Part shown: positions 52,443 through 64,000 of the stretch, in pieces
How positions within the stretch are numbered: position 1 is the first letter of the stretch
Layout: each line of letters opens with the position of its first letter
From: Octopus sinensis
Taxonomy: Eukaryota
NCBI RefSeq assembly: GCF_006345805.1
Contig: NC_043002.1
Coordinates: 12,214,001 to 12,278,000 of the forward strand
Length of the DNA stretch: 64,000 nt
Reading direction: 5' to 3'
Program-made: the position numbers and the translations under genes
The notes under the pieces: model-generated
The model's input: the letters and a program-made list of their open reading frames with translations, nothing else
Databases searched by the model: none
What the model was told of the DNA's origin: nothing

Positions 52443-52792
52443 ATACCTAACAAAATGCTTAGCGGCATTTCCCCCGGTTTTACGTTCTGAATTCAAATTC
52501 TGCTGAGATTGACTTTGCATTCAATCCTTTCGGAATCGATAAAATAAAGTACCAGTCGAGTACTGAGATCAATGTAATCTACTAGCAAAATTTCAGGCCT
52601 GGTGCTGATAGTAGAGAGGATTATTAGAAGAGATTGCCAGTCTCACTGTCAACGGTTCTCCATTCCCGAAGCCAGAAACGAGATGATTGACTTCTCACGA
52701 TCCAGCACACGGCGAACCGTTGTCCATTCCCTGAAAGAGATTTTGTTGTACTTCAAGAAGGTGTATATGAGAATAGCACACACACACACACA

Positions 52793-52825
<33 letters not shown>

Positions 52826-52835
52826 GCATTGGTCC

Positions 52836-53047
52836 TACTCTTTACTCTTTCACTTGTTTCAGTCATTTGACTGCGGCCATGCTGGAGCACCGCCTTTTAG
52901 TCGAGCAAATCGACCCCGGGACTTATTCTTTGTAAGCCCAGTACTTATTCTATCGGTCTCTTTTTGCCGGACCGCTAAGTGACGGGGACGTAAACACACC
53001 AGCATCGGTTGTCAAGCAATGCTAGGGGGACAAACACAGACACACAA

Positions 53048-53144
<97 letters not shown>

Positions 53145-53323
53145 ATATATACATATATACGACAGGCCTCTTTCAGTTTCCGTCTACCAAATCCACTCAC
53201 AAGGCATTGGTCGGCCTGGGGCTATAGCAGAAGACACTTGCCCAAGATGCCACGCAGTGGGACTGAACCCGGAACCATGTGGTTGGTTAGCAATCTACTT
53301 ACCACACAGCCACTCCTGCGCCT
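52836..53323 (-). mobile_element. SINE family A
   Basis: Full-length, near-consensus copy. Confidence 0.9.
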
Positions 53324-53496
53324 ATTTCCCTTCTTTATATTTTCATTTATCTATCCCATTTAACTACTTAACTAATCGATCTACTGTTTGGTTAATTGCT
53401 AAATCAATCAATCAAGCAGCCAGGGTGATCAAAGTCTACTCATCGCCATTCACGACAGAGACAGTGCAATTATTTATTTATAGTAGTAGTAGTAGT

Positions 53497-53564
<68 letters not shown>

Positions 53565-53577
53565 CAGCAGCAGCAGT

Positions 53578-53980
53578 GGAGGCGCAATGACCCAGTGGTT
53601 AGGGCAGCGGACTCGCGGTCGGAAGATCGCGGTTTCGATTCCCAGACCGGGCGTTGTGTGTGTTTATTGAGCGAAAACACCTAAAAGCTCCACGAGGCTC
53701 CGGCAGGGAGTGGGATGGGTGGCGACCCCTGTTGTACTCTTTCACCCCAACTTTCTCTCACTCTTTCTTCCTGTTTTTTTGTCCCCGATTTCCTACGCAA
53801 CCGCTGAGCCTGGATGCGCATTCATCCATCCGTCGATGCTCTCGGTGTCGGGGGTTGACCTGCTTTCTCTTCTGCGGGTCTTACGAATAGCAAAAGGACC
53901 ACGTTTCGGACTTCTCCCACTACAGAGGCGCGATCTTGCGAGCTCTGGGACGAAGACCACTTCGCTCATCAACAACAGCA
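53578..53980 (+). mobile_element. SINE family C, tail type 3, ending in (CAA)n
   Basis: Near-canonical A box (tgacccagtgg) and B box (ggtttcgattcc). Same core, unrelated tail. Confidence 0.85.
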
Positions 53981-54334
53981 ACAGCAACAACAGCAGCAGC
54001 AGTTGTTATAGTAATACTAATACTAGTAGTATTGTTTTAATGCTGTTATTCGTTCTCCATTATTTGTTTTATAATAAAGCTGCACCGATAAATAAGTAAA
54101 TAAATACAGTCACTGAAACAAATTAGCATATATCCTCCATTTTTCTCCACCAGCTGCCTTCGTCTTACTTATTTCAACTCCCACCACCACCACCACCACC
54201 ACCACCACCTACTTCCACGTCTTCCTTCATCTCATCACAAAACTAAGTTCAACTCTTTCCGCCAAACTTCGCCGTCATTTGTCAATATTTCTCTTCTGAA
54301 GAGACACTCATTTTCTTTCTCTCCTTCCTCTTTT

Positions 54335-54654
54335 TTCATCTCACTCTCTCTCTCTCTCATTATCTTTCACCTTCTGTCTCTCTCTCTTTCTCTCTCTGTC
54401 ATTGTCTGTCTGTCTCCCTCTCTCACTATCTTTCACTTTCTGTCTCTCTCTCTTTCTCTCTCTTTCTCTCTCTGTCACTGTCTGTCTGTCGCTCTGTCTC
54501 TGTCTCTCTCTCTCTCACTATCTTTCGCCTTCTATCTTTCTCTCTTTCTCTTTCTCCCTGTCTCTGTCTCTGCCTCTGCCTCTGTCTCTCTCTCTTTCTC
54601 TCTGTCTCTCTCTCTCTCTGCCTCTGTCTCTGCCTCTCTCTCTCATTCTCTCTG

Positions 54655-54690
<36 letters not shown>
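54335..54690 (+). repeat. (CT)n/(CTCTGT)n polypyrimidine field
   Basis: Direct reading. Confidence 0.9.
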
Positions 54691-55123
54691 CTGGTCGACC
54701 ACTCACTTCTTTTATCAGCAATGTCTTATCGTTGTGTGTGAATCGAAAATACTAAAGCAACTCTCCATAGCAATATATAAAAACCTTCTCTTGATTTATA
54801 TCTATTGTGATATTTATCTCTCGTCTCTTGCTCACGTTTCTTTGATGGCTGATAGAACGAGGGTCATTATCTTTGAAACCTTCGGAAACTTCTTCACTTC
54901 CTTCTTATCCAGAACGATACTGAAATCTTTGTCTCTGTCTGTCTGTCTGTATGCCTGTCTGCTCTCACCCCCCACCCGTTTTTCTCTCTCTCCTTCTCTC
55001 TCGCACCCTCTATCTCTGTTCATCTTTCTTTCTTATACTTATCTATCAATCTTTCACTATACGTGTACTATTTTATATACAACACACACACACATAATAT
55101 ATGTACACAGAAATATGTGTGTG

Positions 55124-55158
<35 letters not shown>

Positions 55159-55236
55159 ATATAAATATATATATATTATAAATATATATATATATATATA
55201 TAAATATGTGCGTATCTGTATATATATACATATAAA

Positions 55237-55308
<72 letters not shown>

Positions 55309-56056
55309 TGTGTATATCTATATACTTATATACTTATATAAATACATATAAACATAAACCAACGTTTGATCACTCTCGGTATTTGTCTCTTCCTCTCTCT
55401 CTCTCCCTTTCTCGCTCTCTCACCCCCTCTCCCTCTCTCTATATATATTATATACATTCACATACATACACATTCGTGTGATCACTCTTGGTATATATAT
55501 ATATATAATATATGCACACACACACACATACTCACACGCATTTCCTCTGTGTGTGTGCATCTATATACGTGTATATTGATCTCAGTAATTTATCCTTTTG
55601 CCACTTATACAGACTCACACACACAAACACACATACACACGCACACGCACACACACATATACACACACATAGCTGCATATAAATTCACACAGGTATGCGT
55701 ATGTGTAGCCATACACATTTACACATACTTGTGTGTGCGCACAAACACACAGAATGGAAGGTACCAATTACATTTCGATAACATCTTTGCTCCCTTTTCT
55801 CTAGCTCGGCAATCTATACAATTATCAAACCTTCTATCATCCCATCTGTCTATCTATCTACTAAAGCTATCTTTAGTTGCCAGTACATAACTGCTTCTAT
55901 GGATAGTCTCAACGCCATTAAGCTCTCCTTGCTCTCCTACTTACTATGGCTTAGGTGCATGCGGAAGGAAAAGACTTCCTAGAAATACTGAGCAAATGGT
56001 AAATGCACAATTTGGTGGGGTTTTATTCTGATTTTTTTTTCTGTTTTAAAATCGAT

Positions 56057-57165
56057 ATCGTGGCTGTGTGGTTAAGAAAGTCGCTTTGCAAGCATGTGAT
56101 ATCGCTTTCGATACCACTGTGAGGATATCATCATAAGCGTATTTTTATATAGTCTTGGGCCAACTAATGCCTCGGAAGGGAATTTGGTAAGCGAAAATTT
56201 TATGAAAACCTGTCAGATATAATTGTGTGTGTGTATGTGTGTGTGTGTGAGTGTGTGTGAGTGTGTGTGTGTGTGTGTGTGTGTTGTTGTTGTTGTGTGT
56301 GTGTGTTCTGTTACGTATGTATGAGCCGTGTTGTGTGTGGGTTGTGTTCTGCTGTGTGTATTTTGTTGGGTGTTGTGCTGTGTGTGTGTTGCGTTCTGTT
56401 GTGCGTGTGAGTTGTGTGTTGTGCGAGTTATGTTGTGTTGCATTTGTACGAGTGTGCTGTGTATTTTATTGTGTGTGTTGTTGTTATGTGTGTTGTGTTG
56501 TGTGTATGTTGTGTGTGTGTGTGTTGTGTTGTGTGTGTTGTGTTGTGTGTGTTGTGTTGTGCGTGTTGTGTTGCGTTTGTATGTGTTGTGTTCTGTATTG
56601 TGTTGTGCTGTGGAGTGTGTGTGCGTGTGTTCTGTCGTGTGTGTGTTGTGTGTGTGTGTTGTGTTGTGCGTGTGTGTTGTGTTGTGTGTGTTGTGTTGCG
56701 TTTGTATGTTGTGTAGTGTGTTGTGTTGTGTTCTGTTGTGTGTGTTGTGTTGTTTTCATATGTGTTGTATTCTGTTTGTATGTGCATGTTTGTTTTTGTG
56801 TCTGTGTTTGTTCCTTCTCTCCCCGTTTGATAACTGTTGTTGGTTTGTCTACCTCCCTGTAACATGGCGGTTTAAACAAAATAACCCCGATAGAATACGC
56901 CCCAGGTTTTAATAAAGAATAACGTCTGGATGTAAGACAGTTGTGTATGTGCGCGCGGGCGTTGTGCATGTTCGTAATTTTGCATTTGTTTCTTCATCCC
57001 CTGCTTCACAGCGGCTTTTTGCTTGTGTTCCCTCAATCTAGCAATTTGATAATACAGTCCGATAGCATTAACACTAGAACGGAGGGTGATATCTTCAACT
57101 AAAACCCTCGAGGAAGTTGTCCAGCAGGGCTGCATTCCAATGACTGAAACAAGTAAAAAAAAAGA
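56057..57165 (+). mobile_element. Diverged SINE family A with ~570-bp expanded internal TG-rich satellite
   Basis: Decayed head 56057-56215, satellite 56220-56790, decayed body and tail 56790-57165 (..ccagcagggctgcattccaatgactgaaacaagtaa). Confidence 0.6.
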
Positions 57166-57554
57166 TTATGATATCGTAGGAAAAGAGAAGTTCTTGTCTC
57201 AACCATGGCTGCCTCCGCGTAGTTATCCGTGTTGTTGTTTACTTTGTAAAACACTAAAGGGGGAGGGTAGCTCACACATCACCCTCAACCCACATTTTTC
57301 CCATCCACATGTTTACCATATGAGGCCCTAATAAAATCTCATTATGGGTATAGATGCAAATCTATCTAATTACCCGTCTCCTTCTAAAATCAGACATAAC
57401 TTGGCGATCGGTCGACTTACAACACTGTACTTCGTCTTGAGTTTACTTGGGTAGAGTGTGATTATTAACTTTACAACAAGGTCAAGGTGAGCTCTGATTG
57501 GCTGTATGCAAATGAGTTCACCACTGCGGTCCAGAACTCCCGTAGGAAAAAATT

Positions 57555-58070
57555 TCGCCTCCGGGCAAAAGAGCTTAGTGGAATTTCGTCAGTCTAGGTT
57601 CTTGAGTTAAAATTCCCCTGAGGTTGACTTTGCCGTTCATCCTTTCGAGCTCGATAAAATAAGCACCAGTTAATCACTAGGGTCGCTGCTATCGACTTCC
57701 ACACTTCCCCCAATGTTGCTGGTCTTGTGCTTAAATTTGAAATCATTATTATTGAGAGCTATACAGCAGTGAGCAGGCAGAATCGTTAGGTTTTTATCTT
57801 TTTGCGGTTCTATAAAATAAGAACTTGTTGACGACTAGGGTCAAGGTAACCGGCTTCCTTCCCCACAAAATTGCTGTCCCAGGGCCAAAAATGGTAAGAA
57901 TTATTATTACTTTTAGAAAAGATAGAACAGCAAGTTGGCAAAATCGTTGAAGCGTCGAACAAAATGCTAAGTGGCATTCCATCCTGGGTATTGCACTCCG
58001 AGTTCAAATTCTCTCGAAATCAGCTTTGCCTTCCATTCCTTCAGTTTAATAAACTAAATACAGCTCATGT
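57555..58070 (+). mobile_element. Cluster of about three diverged SINE B copies
   Basis: Same diagnostic motifs, in tandem orientation. Confidence 0.6.
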
Positions 58071-58324
58071 GCTGTGGTCTTCGTCTCTTCTTTCTCGTCT
58101 TAGTCTTCTCTCTTCTTCTTCTTCTTTCTTCTCTTCTTCTTCTTCTTCTTCTCTTCTCTTCTCTTCCTCCTCCTCTCTCTTCTCTCTCTTTCTCTTCTCT
58201 TCTTCTTCTTCTTCTTCTTCTTTTTCTTCTTCTTCTTCCTCGTCTTCTCCTCTTCTTCTTCCTCTTCTTCTTTCTTCTTCTTCTTCTTCCTTCTTATTCT
58301 TCTTCTTCTTCTTCTTCTTCTTCT

Positions 58325-58806
58325 TCCAATCAGGACTCATGCCATTAGCCACAAAGAATAATCTCTAATTCGAGCCTACTCTAAGCTACTAAGAATGCGT
58401 GTGGCAACTTGAAGGTCCACCCACCACACGCGATAGACAGGCGATTGCACGGGCTCGAAAGCTACGTAGTTATCCTCATTCCGTAAACGGTGGCTTTTAA
58501 CGGGTGGAGAGCTGAACCATCCTAGGGTACAGAGGGTTCGCAATCTAGACTAGGGTCTGAAAGTTTACCACACCATAGTGGGTTACACCATGGTTGCTCT
58601 GCTTTGTGGCAGAGGTAGGAAGAAAGAGTGGGAGAAAATTGTGGTGAAAGTGTACAGCGGGGTTTACACCCACCCACCCCCGCCAGAGTCCCGTGGGGCT
58701 TAGGTGTTTTTGCTCAATAAACACTCACAATGCCCGGTCTGGGAATCGAAACCGCGTTCTTACGACCGCGAGTCCGCTGCCCTAACCACTGGGTCATTGC
58801 GCTTCC
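58325..58806 (-). mobile_element. SINE family C, tail type 2, with long decayed (GAA)n tail (58080-58325)
   Basis: Reverse complement of the 34716 copy. Confidence 0.88.
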
Positions 58807-59597
58807 ATTGTGCTGTGGTCGATGTAATGCACTGGCTCTCTAGTTCGGCCCTGAGAAATTACTACTATTCTTACAATTTTAATATCATTAAGAAGCATAC
58901 ATGTATATATACATATAAGTAGATAGCAATTTAGACTACCTTGGAGAAATACGTTTCTAAAAAAGCATATAAAAACTAGACGGCTATAAATTAAAAGTTG
59001 AGGCTGGTTCGAGTGTAGAACGGGACCAGATGTTTTGTCGCGAGAGAAAAAAGTTTAATTTAGACAATCTAGACAAACAAAGAGACTGTTGATGAATACT
59101 AAAATGGTCAGTCTTCACCACTTTATCTCTTTGTTACTTCTAAGGGCTGATTTTTATTCTTTATTTTATTCATTAATCTGTTTAGAACTTTTTCCTTATT
59201 TTCTGATCATTAAGATAGAATGTTAATTTATAGTCAAAAGCACCCCCACCTTTATTGTCTGTTTCTTTAATTTGTATTTTGATTACAATTGTATTATGGC
59301 CGTCATTGTGTCCATAGGTCTAGATTGTAAACTTCTAGAAATGATACATCACTTTGGGTATACATTCTCGTACTTCGTGAATTGATGGTAAGATCTAACG
59401 AAGGATTTATTTAAACAAACACATGAAGAGGCGCATTTTAGGTCTTGGATGGATGATAATGATTACACAACTTACAATGTATGACGAGTGTAAAAATGTG
59501 TCAAAACAATTGTAGCGATTTTAAATAAAGACTATCGTTCATTCCAAGTTCTATCATTTATCTATATGTGATATATTATATATATATATATATATAT

Positions 59598-59801
59598 ACG
59601 ACGAGCTTCTTTGAGTTTACGTCTACCAAATCCACTCACTATAGTTGAAGACACTTGCCCAAGGTGCCACACAGCGGGCCTTTGCCATAAAGGCAGAAGC
59701 TGTAGTAGAAGGCACCTCCTCAACGTACCACGCAGTGGGACTGAACCCGGAACCATGTGGTTGACAAGCACGCTACATACAACACAGCCACTCCTGCGCC
59801 T
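59598..59801 (-). mobile_element. SINE family A 5' half with internal duplication
   Basis: The segment tagtagaagacacttgcccaaggtgccac occurs twice in variant form. Confidence 0.7.
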
Positions 59802-60299
59802 ATACAAATACATCTGTTGGTTTGTATACCACTTGCCTTCGTCTTTGGTTTATTTTCGTAGACCTTTCCCTTTAATAATATATTATATATATATATATAT
59901 ATATATAAATTTATTAGTAATGATTATAAGGATATAGAACACGGAGACTTGTTCATCCTCAAAATTTATTTCCTCTTATTTTACAATTTTATACATTTAT
60001 TTATGGATTTTACGCATATTTTTATGGCCTTTACGAATTACCCATTGAGCGAATTTACAGTGACTGACAGCTAATAGCAGTTATAGACGTTAAATACAGA
60101 TCCATGCGGTTGGCCCTAATCTGGAGCATAACTGAGAGCCACCACGGTATCCGCACAGAGGATACATCTCACCTAGGCCACACACACACACATACATATT
60201 TATATGTATGTATGTATGTTTGTATGTATGTATGTATGTATATATATCTGTATGTATGTTTGTATGTATGTATGTGTGTATGCATATGCATATGATGCA

Positions 60300-60528
60300 T
60301 ACTCTTTTGCTTGTTTCAGTCATTTGACTGTGGCCGTGCTTTAGTCGAGAAAATCGACCCCAGGACTTATTCTTTGTAAGCCTAGTACTTATTCTATCGG
60401 TTTCTTTTGCCGAACCGCTAAGTTACGGGGATGTAAACACACCAGATCGGTTGTTAAGTGATGTTGGGGGGGGGGAGAAAAAAGACACACAAACATATAC
60501 ACACATACAAGCATACCTACAAACATAC

Positions 60529-60565
<37 letters not shown>

Positions 60566-60727
60566 ACGGGCTTTTTTCCGTTTCTGCCTGCCAAATCCAC
60601 TCACAAGTCTTTGGTCGGCCTGAGGCTATAGTAGAAGACACTTGTCCAAGGTGCCACGTAGTGTGACTAAACCCGGAACCATGTTGTTGGTGAGCAAGCT
60701 ACTTACCACTCATCCACTCCTGCGCTT
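60300..60727 (-). mobile_element. SINE family A
   Basis: Full-length with a short internal deletion. Confidence 0.85.
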
Positions 60728-60879
60728 ATGGATCATTTGGTAGATGAAAATATGCAGCTTGTCGTGTGGAATGCATACACACACGCCGGAGTATGTGCAT
60801 GACATATGAACCTACTGTCAGCACCACCACTACCAACATTAACAACAGAATCCAAAACTCATATTTTAAACCTGATACT

Positions 60880-61460
60880 CTTTTCAGGTTTTGGCACAAG
60901 TGTAAGAATTTCGGGGCGAGGGGTAAGTCGATTAAATCAACCCCACTGTTTAATTCGTACTAATTTTATCGATCTCGAAATTATGAAAGGCAAAGTTATC
61001 CGCTGCAGAGTATGAGCTCAGAGCATACAGACCGACGACACGCCTCTAAGCCTCTTGCTCGGCGTGCTAACGTTTTTTATTTCTTTATTGCCCTCAAGAG
61101 GCTAAACATAGAGCAGACAAACAAGGACAAAAAAGGGATTAAGTCGATTGCATGGACTCCAGTGTGTAACTGGTACTAAATTTATCGACCCCGAAAGGAT
61201 GAAAGGCAAAGTCGACTTCGGCGGAATTTGAACTAAGATCGTAGCGGCAGACGAAATACCTATTTCTTTACTGCCCACAAGGGGCTACACACAGAGGGAA
61301 CAAAGAAGGACAGACAAACTGATTAAGTCGGTTGCATCGACCCCAGTGTGTAACTGGTACTTAATTTATCGACCCCGAAAGGATGAAAGGCAAAGTCGAC
61401 CATGGCGGAATTTGAACTCAGAACGTAGCATTTCGCCCGGCGTGCTAATGTTTCTGCGAG
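60880..61460 (-). mobile_element. Nested/tandem SINE B copies (one B1, two B2)
   Basis: A B2 tail joins directly to the next body at GGTATTTCGTCTG (plus-strand aaatacc 61254-61260). Confidence 0.8.
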
Positions 61461-61489
61461 CTCACCTCCTTCTCTGCAATTAATATTAA

Positions 61490-61872
61490 CCTTGTGGTGA
61501 GCTGTCAGAATCGTTAGTTCACCGGACTAAATGCTTAGCAGCATTTCATCCGTCTTTACGTTCTGAGTTCTAAGTCAAATGAGGTCGACTTTGCCTTTTA
61601 ACCTTTGTGGTTGATGTAATCAACTTACCTTTCCCCCTAAGTTGCTGGCCTTGTGCCAAATTTTGAAACCAATATTAACCTTACTAAAATCGACGTGCTG
61701 GAAGAATCGTTTGTCCGTCTTTACTTTCTGAGTTCAAATTCCGCCGGACTTGACTTTGCTTTTCATCTTTTCGAGGTCGATGAAATAAGTACCAGCTGAA
61801 CACTGGGGTTAATTTAGTCGACTTACTCCTTCTATCAAACCTGCTGGCCGTATGCCAAAATTTGAAAGCAAT
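61490..61872 (+). mobile_element. Two tandem SINE B (B1) copies
   Basis: Head-body-tail motifs repeated twice. Confidence 0.7.
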
Positions 61873-63111
61873 GGACTCCGCCGGCCCGGGGCTGGCGGAG
61901 CCTCTTGGGACCCTAGCAAATTTTAAAAGTTACGCAACTTTTACATTTTTTATCTAACTGATTTTATATCTCATGACTTTTATTGTTAATAGTTTATGTG
62001 TGCATATACAAATTTTCGGTTACAAATTTCTATTCATATGGGTGTTATAGCATAAAATATGGTCATAGGGGTCCAACTGAACCCCATTGGCCGTCTGTGA
62101 AATTATATTTTCCTGTTCTTTTTTCAGATATTCTGATGAACTATAAATCAATTTTCTTCGTATTTGTACTGGTATTAATCGATATATTAAATAATTTTGT
62201 TTTATTTTATATTTAGTGTTATACGTATATTTTATAAAACCATAAAAACATCTTGACTTCTTTCAATAAAGGCTTTTTTCAGTCAGTAAATTATATTTTA
62301 ATTCCCCTCCATTAAACGCTAATAATTACAAATATATACCCATAAAGTGTTAGATTTCTTGTTCTGTATCACACACCCACACACTTATATATACAAGATT
62401 AGACAAATATTACTTTATAGACAGTGCGGAAATGCGCAAAAATAAAAAGGGCTTCCCTCAGGAACCCAATGGCTTTTTCTGTAATTCCAACCCCGCCGGC
62501 CCACGAAAAATTAATTGCAGTTAGATTTTTGTGTGAATATAATCAGAGTGATATTTTCCGTTTGTCAATGGTTTAGTCTCTTTTCTGTATTGAACCATCA
62601 AATTTAGTTAGCAAAATGCTAAGACTATGAGCTGTAAACATATGAAAGAGGAAATGAGAGAGAGAGGCGGAGGAGGAGGAGGTGGTGGTGTTACTATCTG
62701 TTTGACTGATTAGATCTACAGATATATGTAAGACACTTCACAGACAGGACACTGTTGGCAGCAAGATACGACTGATAACAATCAACACGTTGTTTATTAC
62801 AGAAACAGGAAGTTAGCAAAGAGGAAATTCCAGGACAAGGATTGTTTCTGGTCTGTAAATCAACAACACATATTGACACAATCACAAACAACCACACACA
62901 CACACACACACACACACACATGCATGAATACGTATGTGTTTACATAAGTATAAATAGATTTTGAAAAACTCGGAACGGAAAGGAAACCTCGGACTTAGTG
63001 ATCACAAATGTCAGGATTGAATAAACTTTAGGCCATTTTCCTTACCAAGTATTGAGTACTTCTTGGTTGATTTCACCTAAATATGTGTAAGCAATCTTTG
63101 TATACTTAGGT

Positions 63112-63282
63112 GTAGGCATGGCGGAGTGCTTATGAATGTTGCTTTACAACCACGTTGTTTCAGGTTCAGCCCCACTGCGAGGAAATTCAGGCAAGCATTT
63201 TCTGATATAGCCGAGGACCAACCAATGCCTTGAGGGTGATTTTGGTAAAGGAAAACTGTGTGGAGGCTCGACTTATTTATGT

Positions 63283-63339
<57 letters not shown>

Positions 63340-63530
63340 AATTTGAAAAAGCCTTGTGAATGGATTTGGTAGACGGAAACAGAAAGAAGCCCATTGTATA
63401 TATGTGTGTGCGTGCGTGCGTGTGCGTGTGTGTGTGCGTGCATGCGTGCGCGTCACAATTTGAAAAAGTCTTGTTAATTGATTTGGAAGACGGAAATGTA
63501 TATAATGAATATATATTATATATATATATA

Positions 63531-63578
<48 letters not shown>

Positions 63579-63790
63579 TGTGTGTGTGTACTTTTCCCCC
63601 AACATCGCTTGACAACCGATGCTGGTGCGTTTACGGCCCCGTGACTTGAATATTAGACAAAATCGACCGATAGAATAAGTTCTAGGCTTACAAAGAATAA
63701 GTCTTGGATTCGACTTGCTCGACTAAAGGCGGTGCTCCAGCATGGCCGCAGTGAAATCAGTGAAACAAGTAAAAGAATAAAAGAATATAT
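63112..63790 (+). mobile_element. SINE family A with triplicated internal module
   Basis: The module gccttgtga.tggatttggtagacggaaa + microsatellite occurs at ~63225, 63350 and 63465. Normal tail. Confidence 0.8.
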
Positions 63791-64000
63791 GCGTGCGTAT
63801 ACGTGTGTGCGTGTATGTATGCAGAAGCACGTGTGCTTGTGTTTGTGTGTGTGTGTGTATGTGTGTATGTCTGTGTGTGTGTGGAGGGAGAAGAAAGGAA
63901 AAAGAGGAAAGGGGGGGAGGAAAAAAAGAAAGACAGTCAAGTAAGAGAAAAAGACAAAAGAAAGCAGAAAGAAATAGAGTCAGAGAGAAAGAAAGAAACA

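Noticed and set aside
53578-53650. tRNA genes at the SINE A-D heads
   Set aside because: A and B boxes are present, but acceptor and anticodon stems do not pair properly and each continues into a SINE body.
53895-53975. Hammerhead-like pieces (TGATGA, GAAAC) in the SINE C tail 3, minus strand
   Set aside because: The spacing and pairing between the boxes do not form the core.
54815-54915. Candidate minus-strand exon ([27 protein letters not shown]) ending at GTGAGC
   Set aside because: The acceptor lacks a pyrimidine tract, the peptide is not recognised, and there are no partner exons.
61875-62500. Possible hAT-like element with GCCGGCCC ends
   Set aside because: The two motifs are in direct, not inverted, orientation and no TSD is visible.

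Overview
AT-rich, extremely microsatellite-dense eukaryotic DNA. From the repeat landscape I recognise it as most likely an octopus (coleoid cephalopod) intergenic or intronic region; that assignment is pattern recognition, not a search. I found no supportable host protein-coding exon. Almost all ORFs in the track are translations of (TA)n, (TG)n, (AAT)n, (GAT)n, (TATG)n or (CT)n repeats. The identifiable content is retroelement debris. (i) A Penelope-like element with a 390-aa N-terminal/RT ORF and a minimal hammerhead ribozyme at its 5' end. (ii) About eight fragments of R4/Dong-clade (restriction-like endonuclease) non-LTR retrotransposons from several subfamilies, stacked co-directionally in (TAA)n tracts with a ~540-bp non-coding element that shares this targeting. 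(iii) A CR1-group LINE 3' end. (iv) Dozens of copies of at least four tRNA-headed SINE families, here labelled A-D. (v) hAT-type MITEs. The most unusual structures are a family of (TA)n-embedded leader-plus-fold-back hairpin elements, the (TAA)n landing pads, GGTATTT-linked insertion and multimerisation of SINE B, and a minisatellite born from a SINE tRNA head. Repeat boundaries are read by eye and approximate.
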